Part shown: positions 11,091 to 24,890 of the stretch, in pieces
Numbering within the stretch: the stretch's first letter is position 1
Layout: the number at the start of each line of letters is the position of its first letter
Assembly (NCBI RefSeq): GCF_001194135.2
Contig: NC_068985.1
Location: 73,036,285-73,074,824, forward strand
Source of the DNA: Octopus bimaculoides
Taxonomy: Eukaryota
DNA: 38,540 nt
Direction of reading: 5' to 3'
Program-made: the position numbers and the translations under genes
The notes under the pieces: generated by a model
Seen by the model: the letters and a program-made list of their open reading frames with translations, nothing else
Databases searched by the model: none
Told to the model about the DNA's origin: nothing

Positions 11091-12291
11091 AATGACGGGA
11101 ATAAGCAATAAAAGAAATACACACACACACATATATATGTGTGTGTGTGTGTGTGTGTATGTGTGTGTGTGTGCGCGCGCGCGTATATGTATAAATAATC
11201 TATTTGGGATTTATGTTTTACCGACGGTATATGTATATATGTATGTATATATGTATGTATGTATGTACGTATGTATATGAAGAGAGGAAGTTTAAGCTAA
11301 ACAAATATGCAATTCACGGTAACTAATAAAAATATGAATACAAGAATGTCTACACTTATATGTGTTTATTTATTATTTTTCTTTTTCTCGTTTCTCTTCG
11401 AAATTGCAGATTGAAGTCATTAGATACAACTTGAATACGTGACACCTCGTTAATATTCATTTAGAACACGTGCAAAAGATGTAGCAACTATATGGACGCC
11501 CAATCTGCAAGAAATAGTCACCAAATCCCCACCCTGCCCTCTCAAATTACAGCTTACGCGAGATTACCTCGATTAGCAACGTATTTAATGATCATTTATG
11601 ATGGTGATGATGAGGAGGAAGGGGACGGTGATGATGATGATGATGAAGATGATTAAGATGATGACAAGGACGACAATGATGATCCCAGTAACGGCGACCA
11701 TAATAAACAATATTTTCTTTATATTACACGCTCAATATTTTAAACTAACCACCACCAGATTTGCATTTTGGTGAGGAACAGAACTACAGAAAATTTTCTA
11801 AAACAAAAAAGATGAAATAAAATTACCATAGAAGGTCTCACAAAAACTGAAATAAACGCCATTTAAATAGCTTGAGGCCCCTACAGATTGTCAGGGTATA
11901 AGCTACAGCCTGTTCAGCTTATACCTAAAACTGACAGTTCCTAAAATAGGTACCAACAAAGGCACATATTTGGAATGTGGGTGGTATTGTGAACTCCATC
12001 GACCCTAATACTTCTGTTTTATCCTAATACCCCTATTTTATCCGTCAACTACATTGGCACATGTTAAATTGACCGATCTGAGTACACTACTGATATTAAT
12101 CGCTCAACCCCCTCAATTTGTTATAATTTAGTCAGAGACGGGGGCCTCCTTCTTCAAAAGGGTAGTACTAGACAGGAGTCTCCCAAAATAAGGATGGTCA
12201 CAACTGTCACACCTTTGATCAAAGGTCTTGTGTGTGAGGGCTGACCTAGGTTTAAACAACGGAAATACTGACAATTGGTGTTTATCGATCT

Positions 12292-12326
<35 letters not shown>

Positions 12327-12504
12327 AGTAAAGTTCACATTGGCGGAATTTAAACCCATGGCAATCAAATATGTATATCTTGGCTTTATCCCAAACTGTC
12401 TGTCTAAATAACAACGACCCTGCGCGAGCGCCTTTATCTGGCCGCTTGATCGGCATGAAATAGCAACCCAATAGCTTTCAAATGAAAATTTGTTCTTCTG
12501 GCTA

Positions 12505-12946
12505 CTAGTTTCGAGAAAGGAGTTAAGTCGATTACATCGACTCCAGTGCTCAACTATTTAATCGACCTCGAAAGGATGAAAGGCAAAGTCGATCTCGGCT
12601 GAATTTGAACTCAGAACGTAAAGTTTGACGAAATGCCGGTAAGTATTCCGTCCAGCATGCTAACAATTCTGCCAGTTTGTGCCTTAATAATAGTAATAAA
12701 TGATTTCAAATTTTGGCACAAGGCCAGTAGCTTTTGAGAGGAGGGGAAGTCAGTTTCATCGACACCAATAATAATAGCATAACATTAGTAATAATTTCAA
12801 ATTTTGGTACAAGGCCAGCATTCAGAGTGGGGGTAAGTCGATTACATCGACCCCCAAAGAATGAAAGGCTGATTCGACTTTGGTAAGTCGAAATGCCGGT
12901 AAGCATTTTATCCGGCGAGCCATCAATTCTACCAGCTCGCCGCCTT
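12505..12946 (-). mobile_element. Head-to-tail array of SINE family B copies (two near-complete, one partial)
   Basis: ttcaaattttggcacaaggccag occurs twice and aagtcgattacatcgac recurs. The head ccagctcgccgcc lies at about 12931-12944. Confidence 0.85.
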
Positions 12947-14103
12947 AAAAAAGAAAAAGATGAAAGTATAGCAAAAGATATATTAGAAAATGTAATTAGT
13001 ACCAGTAATTACAAAAAGATGGAATGGTCACTGTTGCAACGCTTTCGATCAAAGAACTGATTAATCACAACAAGGTTTTCTTATATAGGCACCAGGTCAT
13101 AAATCTATGGAATTGGGGACATTCGATTTATATACTTGACAGGTGCCATCGAGCTATACCTAGGTGGTGGTAGGGATCAACACTTGTAGGATTTGACCTC
13201 TCAACCTTATGGTTCCACGTTTTGTCGATATTTCCTCAGTTGCCCTCATCTCACACCCAACTGTATCTCGCCGAAGACTGATAGTGAAAGACAATAGTGT
13301 TTGTCGAAGACTGATAGTGTTTGTGACATTGTGCCTATGTTTATACGTGTGTGTTTGTAAGTGTGTGAGTCAGTGAATGCGTGCATCAGTATGCGCGCGT
13401 GTGTAGGTGAGTGTGTGTGTGTGTGTGTAAGTATTTGTGTGAATTTATTTTTGTGTATGCATGTGTGTTAAGAGTGAGTGTATCAGTGTATGTGCGAGTT
13501 TTTGTGTATAAGTGTGTGAGAATGTGTCGAGAGCCAGCGTGTATTTTTGTACGAGTGGTACTGTTTGTACAGATCAGTGCATACTTTAGTATATGTGTGT
13601 ATGTGTGTGTGTGTGTGTGTGTATGTGTGTGTGTGTGTGAGTGTNNNNNNNNNNNNNNNNNNNNNNNNNNNNNNNNNNNNNNNNNNNNNNNNNNNNNNNN
13701 NNNNNNNNNNNNNNNNNNNNNNNNNNNNNNNNNNNNNNNNNNNNNNNNNNNNNNNNNNNNNNNNNNNNNNNNNNNNNNNNNNNNNNNNNNNNNNNNNNNN
13801 NNNNNNNNNNNNNNNNNNNNNNNNNNNNNNNNNNNNNNNNNNNNNNNNNNNNNNNNNNNNNNNNNNNNNNNNNNNNNNNNNNNNNNNNNNNNNNNNNNNN
13901 NNNNNNNNNNNNNNNNNNNNNNNNNNNNNNNNNNNNNNNNNNNNNNNNNNNNNNNNNNNNNNNNNNNNNNNNNNNNNNNNNNNNNNNNNNNNNNNNNNNN
14001 NNNNNNNNNNNNNNNNNNNNNNNNNNNNNNNNNNNNNNNNNNNNNNNNNNNNNNNNNNNNNNNNNNNNNNNNNNNNNNNNNNNNNNNNNNNNNNNNNNNN
14101 NNN

Positions 14104-14159
<56 letters not shown>

Positions 14160-14729
14160 ACACACATTCATAAATAAATTGTACAGGCAAAAGTTGCGTT
14201 CTGACTGTTGAAGTTAGAGAAGGAGTTAGTGAGTGAGGAAAGGGGAGGGAATAGGAGGAAGAAAAGGAGGAACAGGTGGAGGCTGTTGGGGAAGGAGTAG
14301 GATGAGAAGAGGCTGATGGAGAAGCGGCAAGAGTTGTGATGACGGAATGAAAAAGAGAGAGGAAAAGGAGGGTAGGGCGGAGCGGTCGGTTGGTTGGGTT
14401 AATCATTCAGTGAGTATGTTGTAAAGATAGTGCAAGAACGAGCGAGCGAGAGTGAGTGAGAGAAAGAAAGAAAGAGAGACAGAGAGAAAGAGATATGAGG
14501 AAGGGTGTAGGATGTAAGGTCGGTATAAAATATATGAATGATAGAAAGGATGGGATTGTAGGATGATGATTGGTTGTATGGATGAAGGGTGAGGGAGTGA
14601 AGCAGTAAGAGAGGAAAATGAGTAGGAACGATGGTAGTGACGTAAAGATAAGCAGAGTACTGTTGTTGTTGTTGTTTAATGCCAAGTCAGTACTGATCGA
14701 GCAGACCAATGGTAAAAAATGATCCAACT

Positions 14730-16160
14730 GTAATAATCCTGTCTATTTTTGTGGTACATATTATTAGGACCACATTGGCCAATGTGTCCCCTATCCCTTT
14801 TAAGATGGAAGGACGGGAAATAAAGGAATCTGGCTGCTTTTTCTAGCAGATAGAGTGACAGCGTAGAACTTCCTGCTAGTGGGGATGGTGATGAAGGAAA
14901 GGTTTTGAAGTGAATGAAAGATCACGCTATAAGAAAGGGATAAAGTGAAAATGACACATTCTTTCACACCTACTAGTTCTATTCACTGATTATATGCTGG
15001 ATGAAAACGGTTCTTGAATAGAAGGGAGAGGACTTCTGCGTGGATGGGAAGAGACTTCGGATTGGAAGGCAATAAATACGGGCAGCGGCTAATGGCGTCC
15101 GCGGCAATGATAGCAGCCCCGCCGGGGAAAAAAAAATTTTCGCGCTGCAGAAACGGATATAGACACATACCCTGGCAGCCCAGGAAACCAAGAGAGGATA
15201 AGAACTCCTGAAATTCATATTGGTCGTTTAGAAATAAAAATGGACTCAGAAAAAGATAATGACTTAAACATTCACAGCTCATGCAGTTCAGCATGCTGAA
15301 AGGTTTTCGTGTTCTCAAGTCAAGATGGTGTATAGAGAGTCGCAATGCCAATCAGACGATAGGAATTAATAATTCACAGGATTCAAGGCACAAAAGGTAC
15401 GGCTAGTGCATCTACGGAGGATAGTGAGGAGAGACGGATGAAGATTAGGTGGGCCCCATAGTGAATGAACTGTCCGCTTACAAATAGTTCGGAAGTGTTG
15501 TATTAAAGATGAAGACAAAGGAAAAAGAACTGTCAGTGGAAGAAGCGTTTCAGATAATCACCGATCCGATTTATTATACAAGTAAAGAAATATTTAACAC
15601 ACTTAGTGGGGTTGGTAAAAATGAAAGAGTTATAAGGCAATAACAAGAGGGGGCGCCCTATAAAGAAGACCAGGAAGGGGAAGTCTTTGCGAAAAGAAGT
15701 GTAATGTGAAGAAGAAAAGGAACCTTTGAAAATGCTGTATGATGACGTCAAGAAGTACTGCTGCTAATGTAAAGAAGAAAGGGTTCAGGCTATTGTGCCT
15801 AAGAAAGTTAAACGAAATCCTTAAAACTAAGTAAAAAGGCTGTTCTAGGGGAACAGCATTAGTGACCTACATGCAACAAATATGAGCTGAAGACACAGTT
15901 GTGCAGTATGTATAGTAATAGACTTAAAGATACTCCTGTACCATTAATGCAGAGGATACAGTATCCGACAGAGCTTAGGGTTAAAATGTCTTAAAATTAA
16001 GACATTCAAATGAGAGAAATTTGGACCTTGTGAAAAAGAGTAGAGGAAAGTGTCAGACCAGGATGTCAGGCAGAAATACTGGATGGGAGGTAACATGCCA
16101 CGCATCCAGTATTTCTTGTGGAGGTAAGTGTCAGAGGATTTGTTAGAACTAGGATTCATT
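14730..16160 (-). mobile_element. Highly decayed APE-type LINE (endonuclease and RT remnants)
   Basis: Minus-strand remnants in the expected order: LNVLILRHFN (cf. IL.GDFN, APE domain), then FLNDQYEFQ (cf. L.D.QYGFR, RT). Many stops and frameshifts. Confidence 0.5.
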
Positions 16161-17249
16161 TGCTGCTCAGGAGCCCTCGTATTGGCTGCAGAGAAAAGAA
16201 AACACTTTTCGGAGAAATTGTCAGAAGCTGAAAAAAACTAAAACTAAAAAACAAAACAACCCCCCCCCCCCAAAAAAAAAACCCAATAAAACAAACAAAC
16301 AACCCCGCTCCCGCAAACAAACACAAAAAGCAACAAAGACAAAATAAAAACAAACAAGCAAAACAAAAGGCGACCCACTTCATCTTGTTTAAGAGTGAAA
16401 CAAGTGGTGTATTTAGTGCAGCCAGGAAGTTCTGTTCAAGTCGATCCAATTTTAAGATTGACAGAGATATCTGGCTCTGTGTTACAACATCTGATTTAAC
16501 TAATTTTGTGGTGTCGTGCAGTGATCTCATCATTTACGTTGGCGGATAGCCCTTGGAAGGTATGTTGTTGTCATAGAGGGGCTGAAACAGCTTCTTCACT
16601 CTTAGCACTCAAGTACATCAGAATTTATGGTCCATTTATCTCCTTTTTTTTTGTAATTATGGAAGTTACAAAATCATTCGTAACTTCTACTTCCATGAAA
16701 CTATGTTTACTGATCGAGCGCGCTTGAGAAAAATATGCTTCACGCATGAGATCGAGTAATAACGAAACATGTTTGTAGCAGTACCTTGCCTGCTAACAAA
16801 GAACACACAACCTCTATGCATAACTATTAGCGACTCCTTGAGAGCCACTAACATATACAACTATGTTTTAGTTTTTGTTACTTAACTACAAGGCAAATTT
16901 CATTTTGTTGAAAACGTTTTGGTGTACATTATTAAGCGCAATAACAGTTATCTGAATTATGCGCTGAATGAATATAACACATATTTGCAATAACACACAT
17001 AACGACACTCTCACATATTACGTGTGCGTGCACACACTCACACATATTGTTTTTCTTTTTTATATATTAAAATTTAATGCTCACTATACACCTATATTAA
17101 CACGTTTAAAATATATTATAATTACTTGTAAGCAGAAATATTACAGCCGTCCTTAAAGTATTGTACAAATAAATTTACAGTCAACAGCATATATCTGTTT
17201 GCCCATAAGAAGAATATTAAGGGTAGCTATTTTTACTCAGATATCGCCA

Positions 17250-17900
17250 CCAGCATCAGTTGTCTGAATCACAACATACATTCACACATTGCCCACTCCA
17301 GCAACGCACTTCCGAACGCCAAAATGAAACCACTTCTCCACTGAAGAGATTCTGTCTTGCTAAAGCCTTGGTATATGGAATGATATTCATGAAACTTGAT
17401 GGTGTCCAGAAGAATAAGACAAGGCTCTTTGTTTACGACTTCAAGAGGCAATACAATTAACACCTGCATTTTTTTCGGTCTAGAAATAGAATGAACTCTA
17501 CTTCTCTGTCCTGTTTCATGTGGAAGTTCAGAGGTCAAAAACAATCTCTCTCATTGACTTGGAACATAGTTGACAGAGTTCCTAGATGTAATAACTGATT
17601 ACTTAACTGCATACTATGTCTGTCTGAGAAACAACTTATACTAAAGTAGCACGTCTGTCTTATGCTTTACCAGAAAATTCTAAGTGATTTCCAGTTGCTG
17701 TTGCTGGCGAGCATTCCTCTAACCTATCTACTGACTGGGAAAATAATGTTATTCAACGACTGCAACATTGGGAAATAACAAAGAATAGAATCCCTTGCCG
17801 ATGAAAGTAAGTCCCAGCTAGGTTACATCGTTTACATCTTAATAGGGGGTCATTGGTCTGCTATAATTTCAACCGCATTACCTAGCTCGACCATGCCAGT
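17250..17900 (-). mobile_element. Possible decayed RTE-clade LINE RT C-terminal region
   Basis: Weak remnants LHLGTLS (cf. F.YLGS.LS) and SLQWRSGF (cf. QLRW.GH). Confidence 0.3.
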
Positions 17901-18585
17901 GACCAGTAAAGACACGCCTTTCAAGTTGTATGTTGTTACTACTTCAGTAATTGTGAACATCTTTATCATTAGAATAATGAATGTTTGCTTTAGAAACTGT
18001 TCATCTACAAATATTAACTTCACTCAATGTAATGAACCTCCTTTTTGTACACATAATTTTGTATGTATACATATATACATACATACATACATTATGGATG
18101 CAACTCAGTTTTGAACAGTGCCATCACTTGGTTGTTCTTTTAGACATGAGCAGCACAAATGTAGATTTTTAGTCCTTTTAGAGACGGACATTTTTTTGTA
18201 CAGATGTGGCGATGATGGGCGTCTCTTGCAATAAGTGTTACACCATTGTTTTGGTGAATCTACATATGACGTTTCAGTCCACTCACTGACACACATTCTT
18301 TTCCACACTCCAAGTACAAATGCCGTATAATGCACAGATAATTACTTCTCAGTATGTGTGTGTGTGTGTGTGTGTATGTGTGTGTGACTTCTCTGATGAT
18401 TTTAAAGTCCTGTCTTACTTAGAGAGACACGCCTACACTCGTTTGCTGCACGCTAACATACTCAGGCAAATTCACATCAAGATCTTTACGAACATTTCTC
18501 TTGAGCAATTTATGCTTGATACAATTTTGTTCGAATTCCGTTCTATCATCCTGCACTGCTTTCTTCCACGATGAGCGATATAGAG

Positions 18586-18844
18586 CAGTGATTCTCAATC
18601 ATTGTTTTACCTATAGACCCCTTTGATTCCTATTTTACTCAGGTAATCCCTCCTATCCATTCGATGTTTAAGAAATCCAATTATATTTTTATAATTAGAT
18701 GTTTTTAGGACTTGTATAAAAAAAGAATTGTTGAAATATTTTATGTATTGTAGAAGCATAACCAATTTATTGCATATAATTTTTAACAACAAAATCTGAA
18801 ATGGACCCCACAAGGGTCGAGTGAACCCCAGTTGAGAACCACTG
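18586..18844. mobile_element. Non-autonomous hAT MITE
   Basis: 13-bp TIRs cagtgattctcaa / ttgagaaccactg (1 mismatch). The flanks atatagag and attacagt do not form a clean TSD. Confidence 0.8.
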
Positions 18845-19472
18845 ATTACAGTGTAGTTTTCGCATCTATTTTTCATGGTTTCTGACCATCTCCAGTCCCT
18901 TTTACCTTAATTAAGGACTTTGCGCTGGTCTTTTATTCTGGGTAACTCTCCGTACAGAAATTATTGATATAGCTCCTATGCCAAGGCTGAAATCTTGTAT
19001 CCGAAATTTCTGTCTTATAGAAAATTTCTAACCCCAAAAATTTTTGCCTGAAACCTACTTTTGAATTTCTTTTCCACACCACTTGTCCTGCTTTTTGTCA
19101 AATACCAATATATAAACGAATCTATTTCGTTTCAAATAATTCTATGGTGATATCTTCTGATGATGTGGTGAAGTGCGTTATTTTATGTGTCCATCTTACA
19201 GAGATGTGTTTATAGTTAGAAACAAATGTATTTTATTTTGATAAGCATGCCTTATTTCCTCTTTATTCTTCTTATATTATATGCTTATAAGAGTTCTATT
19301 GAAGTGTGGGTCCAGCATTAGAAGAGATGCCTTAGTTCTGCTATCTGTTTTTGATCATACGTTTCCCCCAGATTTGTTCTGCCGGTTCAGTACAAAATGT
19401 TCTGCTTGCTCACGCTCATCAGATCTTTTGAACCAAAGTACTTTGGTTCATTTTTGATTACATGTTGCTTTT

Positions 19473-19812
19473 GGTAAGTGGCTTAGTGGTTAGAACGTCG
19501 AGTTCACAATCATGAGGTAGTGAGTTCGATTCTCAGGCCGAGCTACGTGTTGCGTTTTTGAGCAAGACACTTTATTTCACGTTGCTCCAGTTCAATCATC
19601 TGTAGAAATGAGTTGTGACGTCATTGCTGCCAATCTGTATTGATGGCTTTTGTCTTTCCCTTGGATAACATCAGTGGCGTGGAGAGGGGAGGCCAGTATG
19701 CATGGGTGACAGCTGGTCTTCCAATAACAACCTTGCCCGGACTTGTGCCTCGCGGGGGGGACTTTCTAGGTGCAATCCCATGGCCATTCATGACCGAAGG
19801 GGGTCTTTACCA
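19473..19812 (+). mobile_element. tRNA-headed SINE with CORE-like central domain (family D)
   Basis: Pol III A-box tggcttagtgg (19479), B-box gagttcgattc (19522), then gtgttgcgtttttgagcaagacacttta resembling the CORE motif. Confidence 0.75.
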
Positions 19813-20799
19813 TCACCGTTTAACGTGAACGAGAATTAGGTGCGGTGAAGGTAGACAGGAAAAATGGTTGGCTAGAAAGGGTAGGAATAGAGAACGATAA
19901 GTGTTTGTAGGTGTGTATTGAGAGAAAAATGAGGTGGAGGCAGTTATTTTCGTTTGAAATATGCTCCTTTTAATTGTTTAGGGCTTGGTCAAGCGTAAAC
20001 GTAAAGAAGTAAACAAGTATGTCATATTCAGGTCACAGTTTATGTTGATTGAAATTTTTCCTCTGACTTATTAAGATTCTTTGTATAAAAAATCAGAAAA
20101 AACAAAGCTCTTTCATGACAGCGAACAACTCGAAAATTCGATGTCACTTTGAATCTATCCCTTGTAAAAATTTACAGACACACAGACACAGGCAGACACA
20201 TAGACAAGCGCGCGTGACACGCAACACACACACAAACAAATGCACGCATGTACACATACACACACACACAAACACACGCACACACACCCAACATACACAC
20301 ACAGACACGCACGCACACACACACACACACACACATGTACACACACTACACTCACTCATCAATACGCAGCAGCAAATTATTTGCTGATTTCTGTAAACAA
20401 AACCATATACACTTATTAGTTTTATCGGTCCGGGGTAGCTTTGACTATGAAGACACAGTAAGATGGAAACACAACAGTGTCTGAAAGTCACCTGACACCG
20501 GTGAATCCTGTGTGCTATGAACACAAATCACCTAATAGCTGGAGATATTCTCCGATGACGAAAAACAACAGCGGTCACGTTTGAATCTACCAAAACACAT
20601 TACAGATGAATAGATATGTTATTTTGTAAACAAATTTATGAGCGTCGCGTGTGTCAGCAATCTACAGAATATGCAGGTATGTTATTGTATCTCTCCTCTC
20701 GCTGTACCTGACTGTCTGTCTGTCTCTCTCCATATATATACTTCCATGCACGTATGCATGTATGTGTATACGTATACATTGCAAATAAGTTTCCATACT

Positions 20800-21198
20800 C
20801 TTTTTTCTCTCTTTTACTTGTTTCAGTTATTTGACTGCGGCCATGCTGGAGCACCGACTTTAGCCGAGAAAATCGACCCCAGGACTTATTCTTTGTAAGC
20901 CTAGTACTTATTCTATCGGTCGCTTTTTGCCGAACCGCTAAGTTACGGGGACGTAAACACACCAGCATCGGTTGTCAAGCGATGGTGGGGGGAGAAACAC
21001 AGACACACAAACACACATAATACATATATATATATACATATATACGACAGGCTTCTTTCAGTTTCCGTCTACCAAATCCACTCACAAGGCTTTGGTCGGC
21101 CCGAGGCTATAGTAGAAGACACTTGCCCAAGGTGCCACGCAGTGGGGCTGAACCCAGAACCATGTGGTTTGTACTTACCACACAGCCACTCCTACGCC
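20800..21198 (-). mobile_element. Near full-length SINE family A
   Basis: tRNA-like head (ggagtggctgtgtggtaag..gggttcagcccc), CORE-like ggcaccttgggcaagtgtctt, internal TA/TG microsatellite and a tail; several related copies occur in the window. Confidence 0.9.
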
Positions 21199-21352
21199 CG
21201 TGTGTAAATTTAATAAAAATGTATTTAGCGTCACTGTGCAATTTATCAGTGGCATTAACAAGTAAGGATACTTTTGCAAAAAGTATCGATGCGCATACAG
21301 TTAAATGTGTGATTAGTCCGACAATATAGGATTCATAATGTATTGACCTGCT

Positions 21353-21572
21353 AAGGCGGAGTTCTGGCAGAATCGTTAGCACTTCTGGCAAAATGCTTAG
21401 CGGCATTTCGTCCGTCTTTACATCCTGAGTTCAAATCCCACCGTGGTCGACTTTGCCTTTTATCCTTTTTGGGTCGATAAAATAAGTACCAATTGAGTAC
21501 TGAAGTCGATGTAATCGACCAGCCCCCTCCCCGTGAACTTGCTGCCTTGTGCCAAAATTCGAAATTAATATA
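21353..21572 (+). mobile_element. Full-length SINE family B
   Basis: ggcggagttctggcagaatcgttagc head, B-box gagttcaaatcc, body gtcgactttgccttt..ggtcgataaaataagtacc, tail gccttgtgccaaaattcgaa. Confidence 0.9.
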
Positions 21573-21609
21573 TTGATTGACTGATCATATATATACAGTG
21601 TGCGTGAGC

Positions 21610-21978
21610 AACCTTCACATCACTATGTTCAACGTGATGAACGTCACTACGATCACGATTCTCCTCCTCCTCCTCCTCATCATCACCCCACCACTATCAC
21701 CTTCACTACCGTCGCTTCTACTACCACGACCATTATCGCTACAAACAGCATCATCATCATCACCTTCATCATCATTAAAATAATATCACCTGCAGCATCA
21801 ACAATATTATATTGTCGTTATCAACATCATCATAAGCGACGCTATCTTGTCTCATCACCCACTCCACATCATCATCATCATCAAATCAACACCATCAACA
21901 CCATTATTCTTATTAGAATACTTTTGTCGGTATGGTCGGAATATATTGTTATTTGTCAGTATCTCCCCATCTTCCTTC

Positions 21979-22029
<51 letters not shown>

Positions 22030-22030
22030 T
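21610..22030. repeat. Degenerate (CAT/CCT/CTA)n tract followed by (CTTT)n
   Basis: Directly visible. Confidence 0.85.
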
Positions 22031-22291
22031 CACACATATAACAGACAGACACAAACAGCCATTAACATGTGAAGTTATTTCTGGTATGGGACGTCTGCGT
22101 TCCCACCGCCGTTCCATTTCCTAAACCTCTAGACGCCTGTTGCACAGTCCGACATACTGCTGCTGCTGCTACTACTACTATTACCATCTAGTTTTTCTCC
22201 CAGTTTTAGTCTTTCTTCAATGTTGTTTTTATTTGTATTGTCTTTTATTTGATTTTTTGGAAATTCTTTTTTTCCATACCTAGTTCCATTT

Positions 22292-22325
<34 letters not shown>

Positions 22326-22339
22326 AATATATAAATATA

Positions 22340-22412
22340 CCGGTCGTCGTCGACTTACGACTACAATTAGTTTCGACTGACAGGTCGTAAGTCGATTTGT
22401 TCGTAAGTCGGC
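22340..22412. mobile_element. Tigger/pogo-like (Tc1/mariner) terminal fragment
   Basis: TA followed by ccggtcgtcgtcgacttacgac (cf. recalled Tigger-like TIR caggtagtcctcgacttacgac), with inverted subterminal copies gtcgtaagtcga. The far TIR was not found. Confidence 0.6.
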
Positions 22413-23145
22413 CTTTAGGCCTACATAACTTTGTTTATATTTTTACATTAAGGTACATTCTCAGGCAAAAGTCACACACAGCGTTCTGTATTATACAATT
22501 ATATTGGCATTAGTCAAAAATTTCGGAGTCTCAAGCAGTCGTCTTATAAACAAATACGCGGTTGCCTCGATGTCTCCGCGACAGGATAGTCATCCAAACA
22601 CTTGGGATAACCACAGTGGCGATCGGTAACCAAACGTAGGGGGAGCGTTTGTTAGCTGACATCATCCGTAGACGGGTTAATTTCTAGGAAATTAAGCCAT
22701 TAGAGATTAACGGGACACACACAGACACAATATTTAAAGTTGCTGATGCTGGCGGTGGTATGATGATGGACTTCGATGATGATAATGTATAGACAAAAAA
22801 AACTTAGTTTCAGAGGAGATACGTGAATTTAAAGCATTTCTGTCCCATTGTAGTCTATTGTCAATTAGTCTTTTTTATAAATTTAAATGCAAGGATTGTT
22901 TCCCCTGCCAGTTTTGACCGAATTAATTGTTTTCTCTCCACTACGGATGTAAACTTAATTAAATAGCAAAAACAAAATTAAAATTACTACGCTAAATACT
23001 TTAATCTTGATTTAGTTATTTTTGTTTTTCTTAGGAATGTTTGAGAGACGTGAATGTGTAGACTCGGTTGGCTGAGATTCCACTGTCACACACGATTATG
23101 GAATATGTTAAAAAGAACCCTGGACTCAGTATGTAAATAGGTGTG

Positions 23146-23575
23146 ATATTGGTTTCAAATTTTGGCACAAGGCCAGCAAGTTCGGAGAGAGCAGGTAAGT
23201 AGATTACATCGATCCCAGTGCTCAACTGCTACATACTTTATAATCCCGAAAGGATGAAAGACAACGTTGACCTCGACAGAATTTGAACCCAGAACGTAAA
23301 GACGGTCGAAATGCCACGAAGCATTTTATCCGGCGTGCTGACGATCCTTCCAACTCGCCGCTTTATATAGGTTTAATATTGGTTCCAAACTTTGTCACAA
23401 GGCCAGCAATTTTTAGGGGAGGGGTAAGGTTGATTATGTCGACCCCAGTGCTCAACTGGTCCTTTTTTAATCGACTCCGAAAGGGTGAAAGGTAGAATCG
23501 ACCCCGGCGGAATTGGAACCCAGAACGTAAAGATGGACGAAATGCCGCTAAGCATTTCTCTCGACGTGCAAACGA
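23146..23575 (-). mobile_element. Two tandem head-to-tail SINE family B copies
   Basis: Copies at about 23146-23362 and 23375-23575, each with the ttt(g)gcacaaggccagcaa tail and a gaaaggatgaaag..gtcgacc body. Confidence 0.9.
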
Positions 23576-24599
23576 TGTAGGTGTAATATTGGTAGCAAAA
23601 ATGTAAATAAACGTTTACAACTTTATATTATAAATAGAATATATTTAAATTTTTTCCACTTGAAATTTGAATATTTTCATGCAACTCAAAAAGTGTAAAA
23701 TGTTTTATAGAATTATTTTCTTTTAAATATACTAAAATATTTAAAAATGTATTGTTCAAGTGAGCTTGCACCTGTTAGGATAGATAACTTTCAGCTGTTA
23801 ATTCACGAATGAAAATTGACAATTTTCTCCATTGCAATGTTGTAAGAATTTGTAAATTTTAGTGATTTTGAAAACCACTTAAAAATAGAATATTTGAAAG
23901 TTACTCCTTTCATTGATCAAAATATGTTAAAATAAACCATTAAGAGATTCTACATATATCGAAATAGACAAATTTTCCAGTTTTGCTCACGCAGCTACTA
24001 TAAGCAATTATTTTTGCTCATATAGATAAGTCCTTTTTATTTATAACTGCCCCGAGGAAACATAAGGAACTAATTTTTTGTGTACTCAGCAGAAAATGTA
24101 AGGAACCTACTTTACGGTGGAGTAATAAGCCAAAGCAGTACCAGGAACAAATCAAATTTCTGCTTAGTTGAATCACATCATTTGTATCGAACCAACGAGG
24201 AAGTTTTTTCCGAGATAACACGACTAACTTCAAAATCTCCCTTAAATATTATTCTACTGTCTTAAAGAAAATTACTCATTTAATGATGTAGTTCAGAGTA
24301 TACAATGCAAGGAAAGGAGTGATATGGGGTGGTCATAGCTAGAATATCTTCGATCATATTGTCTACTAGATCGAAATTGATCTGGACTGGGTTGGTTAAA
24401 AACCAACAGTGACGTATGCAAAGGATCTAACAAGTAACCTACGAAAGGAAAGAAACTAATGCAGAAATAGTTAACAAGTCTGCATTCAAATGACTAAATT
24501 ATCGCTTATGGAAATGATAAATATTTATCACTCAGCATCATTCATTACATATTATCATTACCAGCATTTTAATGTCAGTGTTTCTATGCAAGATCATTG

Positions 24600-24808
24600 A
24601 TTTCTAGTATAGGCACTAAGTTACCAATTCGATGGCAGGGCATAGACGAAAACGTCAATCCCATACTAGCCTAGTACTTTTCTTATCGATTCTAAAGGGC
24701 TGAAAGAGAAGCCGACCCTGACTTGAATTGAGGTAAAAAAGAGTGGTAAATGAATACCGCAAGTATTTTGTTCGACGCTCTGCCGTTTTTGCTAACCAGC
24801 TGCCCTTC
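24600..24808 (-). mobile_element. Old degenerate SINE family B copy
   Basis: tatcgattctaaagggctgaaag..gccgacc..ttgaattga..aataccgcaagtattttg..gctaaccagctgcc. Confidence 0.6.
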
Positions 24809-24890
24809 TATTCTAGTAGACTGCAAATCATCTCGGCCTTTCATCAGTTCGACTGCGAGGTTTGGGTGTCTAAGATCTACCCTCACTATG

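Noticed and set aside
11376-11585. Strong splice-acceptor-like polypyrimidine tract ending in ttgcag (about 11409)
   Set aside because: All three frames hit stops within about 35 nt and there is no good donor; at most a non-coding exon.
11590-11700. Acidic-looking GAT/GAG run resembling a poly-D/E coding segment
   Set aside because: It is a degenerate (GAT)n microsatellite with in-frame stops and no splice context.
16400-16640. Exon-like unique sequence (tgcag|..ggaag|gtatgt; minus-strand ORF MMRSLHDTTK...)
   Set aside because: Weak polypyrimidine tract, no recognisable protein motif, and stops in the flanking frames.
19140-19440. Possible RTE LINE remnant on the - strand
   Set aside because: Only vague similarity (RWTHKI versus RW.GHI); too degenerate to call.
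24820-24856. Minus-strand CUGAUGA-AAGGCC-GAGA, superficially hammerhead-like
   Set aside because: It lacks the GAAA core, has no convincing helix II or I, and has no associated PLE terminus.
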